DNA of 64,000 nt from Pseudomonadota bacterium (GTDB lineage: Bacteria > Pseudomonadota > Alphaproteobacteria > RF32 > CAG-239). Below the pieces are notes generated by a model. The model saw nothing but the letters and a program-made list of their open reading frames with translations, did no database searches and was not told where the DNA came from. This document shows positions 37,515-46,780 of this stretch, piece by piece. The stretch spans positions 5,410 to 69,409 of the forward strand of contig JAUNIW010000002.1 of assembly GCA_030523245.1 (NCBI GenBank), given 5' to 3'. Position numbers and translations under genes: made by a program. Each line of letters starts with the position of its first letter. The first letter of the stretch is position 1.

Positions 37515-37542
37515 AAAAAGACAGTTTTAACTGTCTTTTTAA
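37515..37542 (+). terminator. Rho-independent terminator after accD
   Basis: AAAGACAG-TTTTAA-CTGTCTTT then TT. Confidence 0.65.
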
Positions 37543-37544
37543 TA

Positions 37545-37573
37545 TTGACAAAATTTATACTAAATCATATAAT
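37545..37573 (+). promoter_or_regulatory. Perfect-consensus sigma70 promoter
   Basis: TTGACA (37545-37550), a 17-nt spacer, TATAAT (37568-37573); it drives the 283-aa orphan gene starting at 37610. Confidence 0.6.
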
Positions 37574-37609
37574 ATATCTGATTGATTATAATTTTTAAAT
37601 TTTTATTAT

Positions 37610-38461
37610 ATGGATTTTAAAATCTTTAACAAAAGTGGTCTGGTACTAACGCAGCATCACGGTAAGTTTACCTTGAGCCAAGGTGTACCTCAAATTGATA
37701 AGGTTGTACTCATCCCCTTTCCTTTTGCTCAGGATATCAAGTATATTCGGGTAGAAGAAAAGTTCGGCTTAATTTTTACGCCGGACAAGGTTTACAATCT
37801 GGACGGTGTTGCTCTGGGTAATTTTCCGAGCAGCGAGGCTTATCCGGTTGAGATAATCAAATATCGCAACTCTTATCTGCTGACAGCCAAGAATCAAAAC
37901 GGTTGTCAGGTTGCTTTGTACGATGGTTTCAGTTTCGTCTGGAACTATGAAGTTACTGACGTGAAATACTCCAAACAGTTTATCGCGCTTAAATTCCCCA
38001 AATTCTGGTGCGTTTATCGCATAAACGGTGAGGAAATGGTCATGCACAAACTTCCGGCAGAATATGATATTCAGCTCGGATTTGACTTGTTGGTTTACGG
38101 CAGTGCCGGCAATTACACGCTTCTTGATCCGGTATCCGGCAGGACTTTGTGTGACAAACAGGTACAAATTTTGTGCAGTTCGGCCCGAAAATTTGCTATC
38201 TGCATCAGCCTTGCCAAACGCAGTGTTCAAGTTTATACCAACGACAACTGGGTATCGTTTGACGATGTAGACGAACCTCTGCTGATCTCGGATAAACACC
38301 AGCTTTTTGCTCTGCGCCGGAACAATAAGTATTTTATTTATCAGTTTGACTGCGTGCCTTTTCTGGCCGGTATTTACAAAGACGGTGTAGACTTTGTGGC
38401 TCAGGACGGAAACAGTCTGATGATTGTCAATAACAAAATTGCGAATTTTTACCGCATTTAA
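37610..38461 (+). CDS. Hypothetical cytoplasmic beta-strand repeat protein (283 aa)
   Basis: No signal peptide. Recurrent segments of the form hhhh..N/D-G (e.g. LLTAKNQNGCQVALYDG, ICISLAKRSVQVYTNDN, LFALRRNNKYFIYQFD) resemble WG/beta-hairpin repeats. No database match can be asserted. Confidence 0.5.
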   Translation: MDFKIFNKSGLVLTQHHGKFTLSQGVPQIDKVVLIPFPFAQDIKYIRVEEKFGLIFTPDKVYNLDGVALGNFPSSEAYPVEIIKYRNSYLLTAKNQNGCQVALYDGFSFVWNYEVTDVKYSKQFIALKFPKFWCVYRINGEEMVMHKLPAEYDIQLGFDLLVYGSAGNYTLLDPVSGRTLCDKQVQILCSSARKFAICISLAKRSVQVYTNDNWVSFDDVDEPLLISDKHQLFALRRNNKYFIYQFDCVPFLAGIYKDGVDFVAQDGNSLMIVNNKIANFYRI

Positions 38462-38464
38462 ACA

Positions 38465-38500
38465 AAAATCCCGACTCAGATGAGCCGGGATTTTTGTGTT
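38465..38500. terminator. Rho-independent terminator
   Basis: AAATCCCGACTCA-G-ATGAGCCGGGATTT with one mismatch, followed by TTTGTGTTTTT. Confidence 0.6.
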
Positions 38501-38599
38501 TTTACTACAAATCTACTGTATTTAGCCAAGACCACCGATAAACAAAACACCGCCGTTTTGCCGACGACGGTGTTCAAAAAGCATCTGAAAATAAAACGC

Positions 38600-39865
38600 T
38601 CAGGCCGTCTTTTTTTCTTCATGCTGATGTTTTACCAATTTTGGTTTTGTTCCGGACATAATAACCTTTTCATCAATCACTATCTCGGAAACATCCTTTT
38701 TATCCGGCAGTTCATACATCCATTCCAGAAGGATTTCTTCCATAATTGCCCGCAAGCCGCGTGCACCGGTTTTGCGCTCAATAGCCTTTTTTGCAATGGC
38801 ACGCAAAGCATCTGCCGTTATTGTCAGCTTCACGTCATCCATACCGAATAATGACGTATACTGGCTGACCAGTGCATTTTTAGGCTCCGTCAGCACCCGA
38901 ATCAATGCTTCCTCGCTCAAATCATCCAGAGTGGCAATAACCGGAACACGACCCGTAAATTCAGGTATCAATCCGTATTTGATTAAATCTTCGGGACGAA
39001 CTTCTTTCAAAATCTGCCCGATAGTTTTTTCATCTTTTTCTACTTTTGCCCCGAAACCAATCGAATTTGCACTTTCCGTTCCGTGCTTTTCAATAATTTT
39101 TTCCAAACCGGCAAAAGCACCGCCGCAGATAAACAAAATATTTTTGGTATCTACATGCAGAAATTCCTGCTGCGGATGTTTGCGTCCGCCCTGCGGCGGC
39201 ACATTGGCAACAGTTCCCTCAATGATTTTCAGCAAGGCCTGCTGCACGCCCTCACCCGATACATCACGGGTGATAGACGGCCCGTCTCCTTTTCGGGAAA
39301 TCTTATCGATTTCATCAATATAAATAATGCCGCGCTGTGCCTTTTCTATATCATAGTTGGCATTTTGCACCAGCTTCAGGATAATGTTTTCGACATCTTC
39401 GCCGACATAACCCGCTTCAGTCAACGTGGTTGCATCGGCAATAGCAAACGGTACATTCAAAATCTTGGCCAAAGTCTGGGCCAACAACGTTTTGCCGCAG
39501 CCCGTCGAGCCAATCAGAATAACATTTGACTTTGTAATATCAACTTCGTCTTTTTTCGGATTATTCAGACGTTTATAATGATTATATACCGCTACGGACA
39601 AAACTTTTTTGGCATAATCCTGTCCGATAACATACTCATCCAGAAATTCTTTGATTTTAGACGGTGTCGGCAGGCTGTCCATCAATGTTTCGGCATTTTC
39701 CGCAGCCGGTGCCGGTTCAAGATTTTCTTCGTCTTCCATAATGGTATGACAAACATCTATACACTCGTTGCAGATATAGACGCCGCGGCCGGCTACCAGT
39801 TTTTTTACTTCCTTCTGGCTTTTACCGCAAAACGAGCAATGCAAAACTTCTTCATTGTCACTCAT
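38600..39865 (-). CDS. clpX: ATP-dependent Clp protease ATP-binding subunit ClpX (421 aa)
   Basis: The zinc-binding N-domain CSFCGKS...CNEC, Walker A GSTGCGKT, and IYIDEIDKI. Confidence 0.95.
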   Translation of the reverse strand: MSDNEEVLHCSFCGKSQKEVKKLVAGRGVYICNECIDVCHTIMEDEENLEPAPAAENAETLMDSLPTPSKIKEFLDEYVIGQDYAKKVLSVAVYNHYKRLNNPKKDEVDITKSNVILIGSTGCGKTLLAQTLAKILNVPFAIADATTLTEAGYVGEDVENIILKLVQNANYDIEKAQRGIIYIDEIDKISRKGDGPSITRDVSGEGVQQALLKIIEGTVANVPPQGGRKHPQQEFLHVDTKNILFICGGAFAGLEKIIEKHGTESANSIGFGAKVEKDEKTIGQILKEVRPEDLIKYGLIPEFTGRVPVIATLDDLSEEALIRVLTEPKNALVSQYTSLFGMDDVKLTITADALRAIAKKAIERKTGARGLRAIMEEILLEWMYELPDKKDVSEIVIDEKVIMSGTKPKLVKHQHEEKKTA

Positions 39866-39872
39866 TTTTCAC

Positions 39873-40487
39873 CTACTTTACTTCTTCACGATTGCTGATA
39901 ATATGGTCAATCAGGCCAAAATCAAGCGCTTCTTTGGGAGTCATAAAATTATCCCTGTCCATCGCTTTTTCGATGACCGATATTTTCTGGCCGGTGTTTT
40001 GAGCATAAATGCTGTTCAGACGTTTGCGCAAATCCAAAATCAACTTTGCCTGAATTTCAATATCCGCAGCCTGACCTTTGGCACCGCCTGACGGCTGATG
40101 AATCATTATCTGGGCATTCGGCAGAGAATATCTTTTGCCCTTGGCGCCGCCTGCTAACAGAAAAGAGCCCATTGAACAAGCCTGACCGATGCAAATGGTT
40201 ACAACATCGCATGAAATATACTGCATTGTATCATACATGGCCATCCCCGAGGTAACAACGCCCCCCGGCGAATTGATATAGAGAAATATATCTTTTTTAG
40301 GATTTTCCGCTTCCAAAAACAAAAGCTGCGCACAGACCAGAGCCGAAGTTTCATCGTTAACTTCTCCGGTCAAAAAAATAATCCGCTCTTTTAACAGGCG
40401 TGAGAAAATATCAAATGAGCGTTCACCTTTGGGCGTCTGCTCAATAACCATCGGAACCAAAGCTCCGGTTGGCAGAATCTTATCCAT
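39873..40487 (-). CDS. clpP: ATP-dependent Clp protease proteolytic subunit ClpP (204 aa)
   Basis: GQACSMGS is the catalytic Ser context, with His/Asp in IMIHQPSGG, and the clpP-clpX order holds. Confidence 0.95.
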   Translation of the reverse strand: MDKILPTGALVPMVIEQTPKGERSFDIFSRLLKERIIFLTGEVNDETSALVCAQLLFLEAENPKKDIFLYINSPGGVVTSGMAMYDTMQYISCDVVTICIGQACSMGSFLLAGGAKGKRYSLPNAQIMIHQPSGGAKGQAADIEIQAKLILDLRKRLNSIYAQNTGQKISVIEKAMDRDNFMTPKEALDFGLIDHIISNREEVK

Positions 40488-40605
40488 GTTCCATCCTTAT
40501 TAAATATTGTTTTACCATTTATTAAACGCATTATTATTTAATTTTTTATAAATAAATAATATTTTTTACGGGTTTTCCAGTTGTCCGGTAATAAAATTTT
40601 ATATC

Positions 40606-40634
40606 TTGACAAAATTATATACAAAATATATACT
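40606..40634 (+). promoter_or_regulatory. Sigma70-like promoter
   Basis: TTGACA (40606-40611), a 17-nt spacer, TATACT (40629-40634). Confidence 0.45.
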
Positions 40635-40654
40635 TTATATATCATTAAATTATT

Positions 40655-41089
40655 TTGTGCCGGCTGTGTCTTTGGCAAATACAGCAAAATCGGTCAAATG
40701 CCCAAAATTATTTTTTTATTATGCATAGAATTTATATCGACGAGTTTTTAGAGGAATGGCGCAAGGCGTATGATGACTGGGACGGCAAATTCAGTGCCAA
40801 ACTCAGACAACCTCAAAGTATTGAAGATGAAGGGCGTTCCTATTGCTTTTTTATCTGGCATGGTCCGCATGTCATATTTGACAACACGGAACTTATCCCC
40901 GGTAAAACACTGGTAACCGGAACCGGTACAAGTCCGGAATTCCACACGCCGACGGATTTTTTGGAAAGTTTCGAATACACTGACCTTGACCCGATTACCC
41001 GTAAACGCACAAAAGCAGGCGAGCCTTACTATCATGCACTGACTTGTTTGAAAAACTGTATTTCAGAAAATGCTGCGTCAAAAGACTAA
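40655..41089 (+). CDS. Hypothetical protein (144 aa as called; the start may be at MHRIYIDEF, 40721)
   Basis: Intact ORF downstream of a good promoter. No recognised domain. Confidence 0.45.
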   Translation: MCRLCLWQIQQNRSNAQNYFFIMHRIYIDEFLEEWRKAYDDWDGKFSAKLRQPQSIEDEGRSYCFFIWHGPHVIFDNTELIPGKTLVTGTGTSPEFHTPTDFLESFEYTDLDPITRKRTKAGEPYYHALTCLKNCISENAASKD

Positions 41090-41103
41090 GCGTTTACCGA
41101 TGA

Positions 41104-41142
41104 AAAAAATGCCTTTTATTTTTTATAAAAGGCATTTTTTGG
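41104..41142. terminator. Bidirectional terminator between convergent genes
   Basis: AAAATGCCTTTT-ATTTTTTAT-AAAAGGCATTTT, a 12-bp stem. Confidence 0.6.
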
Positions 41143-41145
41143 TTA

Positions 41146-43581
41146 TTAAAGACAACCGAGAGTTTCTTTGGCATATTTGGCATAATCTTTATAATATTGC
41201 CGCAGATTTTCTTCTACCATATAATTTACCGACCCTTTCGGATAGTTTCCTCTGCGGTCACGCTCTCCGGCCTTTTTACCGGTCAGAATTTCAATACCGT
41301 CATCGACTGTATCGATGGCATAGATAGAGAAACGTCCTTCTTCCACTGCCTGTACAATATCGGCACGCAGCATCAGATTATCGACATTCGTCCGCGGAAT
41401 AATCACCCCTTGGGTTCCGGATAATCCTTCATACGAACAAACATCAAAAAATCCTTCGATTTTTTCGTTTACCCCGCCAATCGGCTGAATTTCACCGAAT
41501 TGGTTAATTGAACCGGTAACGGCAATACTTTGTTTAATCGGAACACCTGTAATAGCCGAAACCATACAATAATATTCCGTTGATGACGCACTGTCTCCGT
41601 CAACCCCGCCGTAGGACTGTTCAAAAACAATGGAAGCCGACAAAGACAGCGGAGAATGTTTGGCAAAACGATTTGAAATCAATGACTTCAGAATCAAAAC
41701 ACCTTTAGTATGAATCGGTCCGCTCATCGAAATTTCGCGTTCAATATCCACAAAGTCGCCTTTACCGATACGTACCTGAGTGGTAATACGCGCCGGTTTA
41801 CCAAAGGAATAGCGGCCAAAATCATAGACAACCAAACCGTTAATCTGACCGACCTTTTCGCCTTTGACATCCATTAAAATCGTTCCTTTGCCGATTTCTT
41901 CCAGCATGGATTTTTTAATCCTGTCAGAACGGTAAATCTGGGCTTCTATAGCTTGATCTATATGATTCTTACCGATTTGTTTGGAATTTGATACACGTGC
42001 CCAATAATCCGCCTCACGCAGCAAATCGCCGATAGATGAAATATGAGCGGTCAGTTTACAGGCATCATCGGCCATACGGGAAGCGTATTCTATAACTCTG
42101 GCCACCGCCTGTTTGTTCAGGGAACGCAGCTGTTTCTTTTTGGACAGCGAACCGATAAGTTTGGCATATTCCACTTCATTTTCGGCATTTCTATCCATAA
42201 TCACGCCAAAATCAGCTTCTACCTTAAAGAAATCGCGAAAATCAGGGTCACGCTCACTGAGCAGTTCATATATCTCAAAATCACCGGTCAGAACAACTTT
42301 CACATCCAGCGGAATCGGCTCCGGATCCAGTGATATAGTCGTAAAACTTGTTTCTTCGGACGGCGCCTCAATCTTAATGCGTTTGGAAGCAATAGCCCGT
42401 TTCAGAGAATCCCATGCATACGGCTGCTCCAAAACTTTGCGCGCATCCAAAAGCAAAAAGCCGCCGTTAGCCTTGTGTAATGCGCCGGCCTTAATCAACG
42501 TAAAATCCGTCAGCAAAGCACCATACTGCTGAATCCGTTCGACTTTACCGACCAGATTGCCCTGTGTCGGATAGTCCAGCGTTACAATCGGCGCACCGGA
42601 ATCCGGAACATTTTTGACGATGACATTGACTTTAAACTTGGCAAACTTATCTTCTTCCGGCTGTTTCATTCTACTCAGCAACTGATGCAGCGGATCTTCC
42701 TCCGCACCGGCTGCAGCCGCTTGTCTGTCACTGTCCGTCGGCACAAAATCATCTATATTATTCAGAATGTTATCCTGAATCTGTTTCAAAAAACGTGACG
42801 GCTGCTGGCTTTTGTATTTTTTGCGCAGCGCGTCAATCGGGTCTTTTACAGCAGAACGAACGAATTTTTCCCGCAAAACCGTAATTTCGTGCTTTTGTTT
42901 TTCTTCCCAGCGCGGTAAATCCTGTGTTGCGTTTTCAATTTCTTCCTGCATGGCATTCAAATCGTCCATGACAAGCTTTTTCTCATTTTCCGGCAACTGT
43001 TCAAACGCATCCGGACTGAGAACCTCACCGTCTTTCATAGGCGCCACAACCAATCCCATTTGCATATGCAGCAGAGAAACGCGTTTGCCTTTGGCTTTCT
43101 TCTGCAGAACATTGATGTATTCTTCTTTTTTGGCTTTATATTTCTGCCGGATAATTCCGAGAGCCGCTTTATATTCCTCCGACTCAATAATCTCCGGCAG
43201 CGAATCCGACAGTTCGTCAAGCAACTCATCAACGTCTTTGGCAAATTCGACAGCCTGACCGGCAGGAAAACTCATTGCTATAGGCTTATACGGCTCGTCA
43301 AAATTGTAAACATAAGCCCAGTCTTCCGGCGTCTTACGGTTTTTGGCTTCTTTTTCCAAGATACGTTTGACCAGACTGGTTTTTCCCGTGCCTTCCGGTC
43401 CCAGACAGAACAGATTGTAGCCGCGGGATTTTATATGTATCCCAAGTTCAACTGCATGAATGGCCCTATCCTGCCCCAGAGCGGATAAGCGTTCCTCAAG
43501 ATCGGCCGTGGTATTGAAGTCAAACTTTGCCGGATCACATTTGCGATAAAGTTGGTCGGAAGTCAATTTTGTAATAGCCAT
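41146..43581 (-). CDS. Lon-related ATP-dependent serine protease (AAA+ ATPase plus S16 Lon proteolytic domain), 811 aa
   Basis: Walker A GPEGTGKTS near the N-terminus. The C-terminal S16 domain has the catalytic Ser in DGDSASS and Lys in PIGGVNEKIEG, as in Lon DGPSAG...IGGLKEK. There is no Lon N-domain, so it resembles COG1067-type Lon-like proteases. Confidence 0.75.
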   Translation of the reverse strand: MAITKLTSDQLYRKCDPAKFDFNTTADLEERLSALGQDRAIHAVELGIHIKSRGYNLFCLGPEGTGKTSLVKRILEKEAKNRKTPEDWAYVYNFDEPYKPIAMSFPAGQAVEFAKDVDELLDELSDSLPEIIESEEYKAALGIIRQKYKAKKEEYINVLQKKAKGKRVSLLHMQMGLVVAPMKDGEVLSPDAFEQLPENEKKLVMDDLNAMQEEIENATQDLPRWEEKQKHEITVLREKFVRSAVKDPIDALRKKYKSQQPSRFLKQIQDNILNNIDDFVPTDSDRQAAAAGAEEDPLHQLLSRMKQPEEDKFAKFKVNVIVKNVPDSGAPIVTLDYPTQGNLVGKVERIQQYGALLTDFTLIKAGALHKANGGFLLLDARKVLEQPYAWDSLKRAIASKRIKIEAPSEETSFTTISLDPEPIPLDVKVVLTGDFEIYELLSERDPDFRDFFKVEADFGVIMDRNAENEVEYAKLIGSLSKKKQLRSLNKQAVARVIEYASRMADDACKLTAHISSIGDLLREADYWARVSNSKQIGKNHIDQAIEAQIYRSDRIKKSMLEEIGKGTILMDVKGEKVGQINGLVVYDFGRYSFGKPARITTQVRIGKGDFVDIEREISMSGPIHTKGVLILKSLISNRFAKHSPLSLSASIVFEQSYGGVDGDSASSTEYYCMVSAITGVPIKQSIAVTGSINQFGEIQPIGGVNEKIEGFFDVCSYEGLSGTQGVIIPRTNVDNLMLRADIVQAVEEGRFSIYAIDTVDDGIEILTGKKAGERDRRGNYPKGSVNYMVEENLRQYYKDYAKYAKETLGCL

Positions 43582-43647
43582 TTTAATTTTTTCCTTTATG
43601 ATTTATGTTAAAAAGATATTAAACCGAGAATTGCTAAAAGAGTGTAA

Positions 43648-45123
43648 ATGTCAGAAAAATATTTTATCGCCGGCTTTGCCGTTTTGTTTATGGTTTTTAT
43701 TATTGCCTTCTGTTGCGGCATATTTTTTTACTGGCGGCTGCAACATCTGAAAAAGCTGACACAGATTTCTGTTTTGCGCCGGCAGCAGCTTATGACGGAA
43801 AACCGTTTTTTTTCTACGGCTGTTTTAAATCAGGCCGTGAATCTGCTCTTTTTTTCATTTTCGACAGCTGCCCGAAATGCTCTTGTTCTTTTAGCCGGCG
43901 GCAGACCTCAAAAAGCCGCTTCGTTTTTAAAACATAAAAATATGGTATTATCCTGCCTTTTGGCCGCGCACTGCCAACCTTTGGAACCGATTTATCAAAA
44001 ACTCGTCCGTCGCAGCAAAAAGGATAAAAGTCCTCAGCTTTTGTTGGCAGCCGTTCAAATTTCCCGTTTGCTCTATCACGAGGAAAATCTGCCTTTTTTA
44101 TATAAACGGCTGTTTGCCGCAAAACATTTGTCCGCAGAAGAAAAAGCCTGTAAAGCTTATCTTTCGGCCTTTGCTTATATGCGCGAAGGAGATATGCTTT
44201 CGGCATCGGAACAGGCTTCGGCTGCCCTTAAAACATTTAAGCATTTACACTACTTGTTTGAAGAGGCGCAAACATATTTACTTACGGCCGAAATTTACCG
44301 CCTCAGTTGTGTTAATGATATTGCCCAGACGATGATTGAATCCGCTTTAAGAATTTTCACGGAATGCCGGTTATCTTTTTTTCAGGCCCAGACAACCGCT
44401 GTCTGGGGGCAGCTTTTGCTGTATGAAAATCGTCTTGCCGAAGCCGAGGACAAACTAAACAAAGCCCTCTCCTTTGCGCAAAACCGCCTTAAAGCAGATA
44501 TTTTCAACCAGTTTTCTCTCCTGAAACTGGCTCAGAAATTACCGGAAGAAGCCTTAAAATACGCGCAGAAAGCCTTAAACCTGCACAAAAAAAACAGCAG
44601 CCGGCACGGCATGGCTTTCAGTCTGCAACTTTGCGGACATTTTGCTTTTGAAACGGAAAAATTCAAAAAAGCTGCCGATCTAGCCCGAAAGGCCGCCGCT
44701 CTTTATCTGGAACAACATAATTTTTCGGCATATATTGAATCTCTTTATCTGCAGGCACGCGCGTTAGCTCAAATCCGGCAATATGATAAAGCGGAAAAAC
44801 TTTTACGTCTGTGTCTTGATGAAAACAAAAAGTCGGAAACCAACTTCCACATTGCAGATGTTTACAGTCTGCTCGGCCTTATCTTTTTGCAAAAAAACGA
44901 TTTGGCACGTGCCAAAGCATTGCTGCACCAATCCCTGCGACTGGAACAAAACCATGAGCGTTGCAGCGGATTAGCCATTGACTATGCCAATCTGGCACTC
45001 ATTGAAAATTTGTCCGGTAATCCGGCATCAGCCGACAACAACTTCCGGCTTGCGGTAGAATATGCCAAAAAAACCGGAGATGAACACCTGCTGCATATCA
45101 TTCAACACAAAAAAAATTCCTGA
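43648..45123 (+). CDS. Membrane-anchored tetratricopeptide-repeat protein (491 aa)
   Basis: An N-terminal TM (FIAGFAVLFMVFIIAFCCGIFFYW) followed by multiple TPR-like helical repeats (W..G..Y...A...Y..AL pattern). Confidence 0.6.
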   Translation: MSEKYFIAGFAVLFMVFIIAFCCGIFFYWRLQHLKKLTQISVLRRQQLMTENRFFSTAVLNQAVNLLFFSFSTAARNALVLLAGGRPQKAASFLKHKNMVLSCLLAAHCQPLEPIYQKLVRRSKKDKSPQLLLAAVQISRLLYHEENLPFLYKRLFAAKHLSAEEKACKAYLSAFAYMREGDMLSASEQASAALKTFKHLHYLFEEAQTYLLTAEIYRLSCVNDIAQTMIESALRIFTECRLSFFQAQTTAVWGQLLLYENRLAEAEDKLNKALSFAQNRLKADIFNQFSLLKLAQKLPEEALKYAQKALNLHKKNSSRHGMAFSLQLCGHFAFETEKFKKAADLARKAAALYLEQHNFSAYIESLYLQARALAQIRQYDKAEKLLRLCLDENKKSETNFHIADVYSLLGLIFLQKNDLARAKALLHQSLRLEQNHERCSGLAIDYANLALIENLSGNPASADNNFRLAVEYAKKTGDEHLLHIIQHKKNS

Positions 45124-45221
45124 CAAAATTTCTTTACATTACCTGACGCTTTGTGTAGAGTGGAAAAAGCAAGTTGACGGATTATTTTATTATAGATAAC
45201 CGTCACTATTACAAGGAATAA

Positions 45222-46682
45222 ATGATGTTAAACCTGCAAACACTTTTCCAAGGTTCGCCAACAGAACCCGGTAATTTGAACAATCTTTTAGCATTGTTTG
45301 CCGCAAAATTTGATAAATTTCAAGCTTCCGTCATGCAAGAATTCGGGCCGAACGGTTTTTATATTCTGATTGCGTTTGCCTGTTTTATTGCCCTGATAGC
45401 TTTTATTTACATAAAATCAGTTCTTCAGACATTTCGTGTAACCGGCGGCGGTTCTTATGATGCCGGTTTATTCTATCAGGCCGTTTCCGGCAGCGGCTCC
45501 GGCTCTCTGGATCCAGATACGGACGAACCGGAAGATGTTTTGGAAGACAATCGTCCCAGACTGACCGTTCCCGATGCTGCCATGGAAAGTCTGCAAAATA
45601 CATCTTCTTCCTCCGTTTCCGATGCGGATGTGCATGAAAACATGAAAAGTGCTGCTACCAAAAGTTTTTCGGCAAAACGCCGTGCAGCCCTGTTGGAAAA
45701 AGATCAGGAACTTTCGCGAGACCTTGTTATGTCTTCGGTGACAACGGATGATATTCTGCGACTGAAAGAACAGCTTAGACAACAAGCCGATAAAAATCAG
45801 GAAATACGTCTTGACTGGCAGAAAAATACAAATGAAGAACCTGATGTATTAGATAAAAAAACAACACTTTTTTTCCAACAGCCGAAAGAATCTCTGGAAG
45901 AACTCATAAGCCTTATTATCAATATGCTCGGCCGTGATGTTACACCGGAAAAAACGGCACAGGCCGTTTATCAGCGCAATCAGGGAAAAAACAGTGAAGA
46001 AGATATTATCCAGACAATTACGACCGTGCGTGATTTTATTGCTCTCTGCAATACCGGAAAATTTGATTCACTGCCGCAGCGCTCGGAACTGCCGGCCGAA
46101 AAAGATGCCCTTTACGAATGGGCTAACGGTGATAATTCTTCTTGCCTGTCCCTGCTGGAAAATCTGATTAAACAACAAATTGACAAGGCTGATACCCAGA
46201 ACGGCATACTTAAAGAAATGTCCTATGCTCAGGCTGCCTCCTATGCTTGTATGTTTGGTACCATTGCCGCCCAGAACAATCCCGAACTTGCTCAAAATTC
46301 GTTTGAACTGGCCTTGGAACTTGCGCCGCAAAACATCAATGCCTGGAGCCGCTGTGGTGATATTTACTGGCAGCAGGGTGATTATGAAAAAGCTGTCTAC
46401 GCCTATCAGACTGTAACCGAAAACGGTGATGAGGTACTCTACGCACCGCAGATTGCCAATGCCAATCACAAATTGTCCGAGTACTATATGCAGTTCGGCA
46501 AAAAAGAAAGTGCCGACAAGCTTGAAAGAAACAGCCGCAAATATTACGACGATTTCGGCATTACCAAAGATTTGACACCAAGAGAAACCGAAAATCTAAA
46601 CTTTATTATCCAAAATCACCAGATAAACCTGCCGGTAGCCATCGGCAAGCTTTTACAATCCAGACAGCAGCAATATGCCTGA
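45222..46682 (+). CDS. Membrane protein with a Ser/Asp/Glu-rich linker and C-terminal TPR repeats (486 aa)
   Basis: A TM helix YILIAFACFIALIAFIYI, and the C-terminal TPR WSRCGDIYWQQGDYEKAVYAYQTV. Confidence 0.55.
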   Translation: MMLNLQTLFQGSPTEPGNLNNLLALFAAKFDKFQASVMQEFGPNGFYILIAFACFIALIAFIYIKSVLQTFRVTGGGSYDAGLFYQAVSGSGSGSLDPDTDEPEDVLEDNRPRLTVPDAAMESLQNTSSSSVSDADVHENMKSAATKSFSAKRRAALLEKDQELSRDLVMSSVTTDDILRLKEQLRQQADKNQEIRLDWQKNTNEEPDVLDKKTTLFFQQPKESLEELISLIINMLGRDVTPEKTAQAVYQRNQGKNSEEDIIQTITTVRDFIALCNTGKFDSLPQRSELPAEKDALYEWANGDNSSCLSLLENLIKQQIDKADTQNGILKEMSYAQAASYACMFGTIAAQNNPELAQNSFELALELAPQNINAWSRCGDIYWQQGDYEKAVYAYQTVTENGDEVLYAPQIANANHKLSEYYMQFGKKESADKLERNSRKYYDDFGITKDLTPRETENLNFIIQNHQINLPVAIGKLLQSRQQQYA

Positions 46683-46780
46683 GATGTATTTTTTTGTTGA
46701 TTAAAGGAATTAGTCTTGAAGAACATAAATCTTCATGCTATGAATAAAGTAGTTTTGATAATGCGTTATGGCAGGGAAAA

